Of a stretch of DNA of 27,352 bases, positions 25,332 to 27,352 are shown one piece after another. Under the pieces are notes generated by a model. It had not been told where the DNA came from and did not search any database. It saw nothing but the letters and a program-made list of their open reading frames with translations. Positions within the stretch are counted from its first letter, which is position 1. The number at the start of each line of letters is the position of its first letter. The stretch is from Pseudomonadota bacterium (GTDB lineage Bacteria > Bdellovibrionota > Bdellovibrionia > Bdellovibrionales > Bdellovibrionaceae). The stretch spans positions 1 through 27,352 of the forward strand of contig JBEGVH010000002.1 of the NCBI GenBank assembly GCA_041178425.1, read 5' to 3'. The position numbers were made by a program, and so were the translations under genes.

Positions 25332-27245
25332 TTATTTAGACTGTATTTGTTTCAAATAGCGTCCTAATGCCATTAAAGTGAAGGATTTGGGATAAGCTGG
25401 GTATTCCATGGGTACAATTCTTGGATGCCCTGTTCCAACAAAACTGACGTCAATCCATCGTCCTTCATTACGATACTGGTGGGTTAGATAGCTCGCTGCA
25501 CCCTTGCTTGCGCTCGATCGACCACGCCCGCCTTCGAGCAGGGCCATCAAGGCCCATGCTGTTTGAGAAGCGGTGCTTCGGCCTCCGCACTTAAAGTTTT
25601 CATGAGTGTATGATTGAAAGCTTTCACCAAAACCACCATCAAATCGATTCGGACAGCGCTCTAGCCAATTCAAGGCTTTTACAATCATGGGATCACTCGC
25701 AGGAATTCCGACCTTCATAAGACCAATTACCGCAGCTGATGTTCCATAAATATAGTTTACTCCCCAACGCCCTTCCCAACCGCCGAAACTGGTGTTTTGA
25801 TTTCGACGAAGATAATCAATGGCCTCTCTCACCTCTTTAGAATTACTGACGTTGTACCCATATGCGCCCAGCGCCTCAAGAATGTGTCCAGTGACATCGG
25901 CTGAACTTTCATCGAACAGATCAGCCGAATCGAGAAAGTCTTTGGTCATTCGCTCCAAAAAGAAATTGCCATCGTTGTTCTTAGCAAAAGCACCCCAGCC
26001 GCCATCGGAGTTCTGCATTTCAAAAAGCCAAGCTAAGGCCCTGCGATGTTGCGGATGCCAATAGCCTGCCTTTTTGTAGAATAACAGAATTTCGGCTGTA
26101 TCATCGGTGTCTTCATAACTTTCAAAGTCGTAACCAAAGCCGTATCCACCGCTCTGTTCATTTTGAATCGTCATTAAATAATCAACCGACGAACGCAATT
26201 CTCGGGCAGGAATCCCTGCTTCGATAAGACCTTGCCCCACTAGAGCCGTATCCCAATATCGACCGTCACAGGCAACGCCCTTGTAAGCTCCTTCGGGATT
26301 TCTCACAATCATCTCTTCGAGAAAATCAAATCCGGATCGCATCGCTTGAGCGAGACGAACACTCATAGTAGAGCTCAATCGAGCCCGATGAATCAGGTGA
26401 TCTATCACTGCCATTGAGAGCTGGGTGGCAGGTGTGTAACCACCAAAACTCCCGTGTGGCTGCTGCTTACTGAGCAAAATCGGAACCAATTCAATATCGT
26501 CGCTCTCTGGCTTATGGGAGACTGTCATTTTCACCGATTCATTACTTCTTAGCTTGAGCTCGTCTAACTGAAAACGACTTCCGAGATTTTTAAAAACCTT
26601 ATTTTTTTGAAGATACGCAATTGCAATCAGATGCGAACCTACCCACTGGGCAAATTGGTGTTCATTCACCGGAGACCATCGATCAAACAGCATATAAGGT
26701 ATCGATGGAAAATCCTCCCACGACAAATTATTAAAGAGACTCAAAAAGACACGAGTAAACTGAGAGGCTTTTTGTAGCCCTCCTTTTGACAAAATAAAAT
26801 TTCGTGCTTTAACCATAGCAGGCTCGCTTACGGGAGTACCCATCACCTTCAAAGCCCAATAGTGATAGATAGTGGGATTAATATCACCCACTGGCAAATT
26901 CGCTTCGTGAATAATCTCCCAAGACCCATCTGGGCGCTGGCTGGTAACAATCAAATTCTTGAGCTTCTTCGCATCAAACTCCGATTGTTTATCGAGTCCG
27001 AGCCAATGAGACATGAGGTAATACTGGCTGGCATACATCATTCCAATGTAGCTAGGATACAACCAATAGGAATTGTCTTTCCGTTCGGCCATAATATCTG
27101 AGGTCGCCTTTTTTAAGACACTTTCAACTTCAGTGGTGCCAACGACACTAATCAACGCTTCAGTCCGGCCAAAAAACGGAACCAAAACCATTAAAGTGAT
27201 CAACAACAATTGTTTTATGCTTTTAGTAAAAAAGACGTTTTTCAT
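25332..27245 (-). CDS. Squalene-hopene cyclase-like class II terpene cyclase with N-terminal signal-like extension
   Basis: Catalytic DTDDTA (26100-26111); QW repeats (QRPDGSW, QNSDGGW); WDT, DVTGH, RWGVNYIYGT, STASQTAWAL and LMALGRY. Confidence 0.92.
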   Translation of the reverse strand: MKNVFFTKSIKQLLLITLMVLVPFFGRTEALISVVGTTEVESVLKKATSDIMAERKDNSYWLYPSYIGMMYASQYYLMSHWLGLDKQSEFDAKKLKNLIVTSQRPDGSWEIIHEANLPVGDINPTIYHYWALKVMGTPVSEPAMVKARNFILSKGGLQKASQFTRVFLSLFNNLSWEDFPSIPYMLFDRWSPVNEHQFAQWVGSHLIAIAYLQKNKVFKNLGSRFQLDELKLRSNESVKMTVSHKPESDDIELVPILLSKQQPHGSFGGYTPATQLSMAVIDHLIHRARLSSTMSVRLAQAMRSGFDFLEEMIVRNPEGAYKGVACDGRYWDTALVGQGLIEAGIPARELRSSVDYLMTIQNEQSGGYGFGYDFESYEDTDDTAEILLFYKKAGYWHPQHRRALAWLFEMQNSDGGWGAFAKNNDGNFFLERMTKDFLDSADLFDESSADVTGHILEALGAYGYNVSNSKEVREAIDYLRRNQNTSFGGWEGRWGVNYIYGTSAAVIGLMKVGIPASDPMIVKALNWLERCPNRFDGGFGESFQSYTHENFKCGGRSTASQTAWALMALLEGGRGRSSASKGAASYLTHQYRNEGRWIDVSFVGTGHPRIVPMEYPAYPKSFTLMALGRYLKQIQSK

Positions 27246-27352
27246 AGGGCCTTTGTAACTTTTCTCGGCCCCTTTGAATAGGTCTGCAAGAGCGCTTTGA
27301 AATCTCTAGACGGCATAGACAAAACCGGGCAATTTACAATTGTTAAAACAGG

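Overview
Bacterial chromosomal window, most likely from a Bdellovibrionota (Bdellovibrionales-like) organism. That call rests on the GNDYALAA tmRNA tag and the style of the orphan lipoproteins; it is an inference, not a database result. The window opens with a complete tmRNA (ssrA, 75-419). Directly behind it is a ~3 kb integrated islet (420-3439) bounded by a 9-bp direct repeat of the tmRNA 3' end (CCTCCACCA). The islet has IHF-consensus boxes and arm-like repeats at both ends but no integrase. It carries an XRE-HTH gene, an AbiEi/AbiEii type IV toxin-antitoxin pair, a divergent HEPN-motif gene broken by one amber codon, and three copies of a 24-bp palindromic operator. Next come a GbsR-like regulator operon (TIGR03643-like, DoxX), DUF389, YdeI-like, ChrA and a P-type ATPase. 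A block of orphan secreted lipoproteins follows, including an HExxH protein and a ~1050-aa Gly-rich/coiled-coil protein with a Tc-toxin-A-like layout. The window ends with transketolase, add-pip, a DUF4097 protein and a squalene-hopene-cyclase homologue that has an apparent signal peptide and altered active-site residues.
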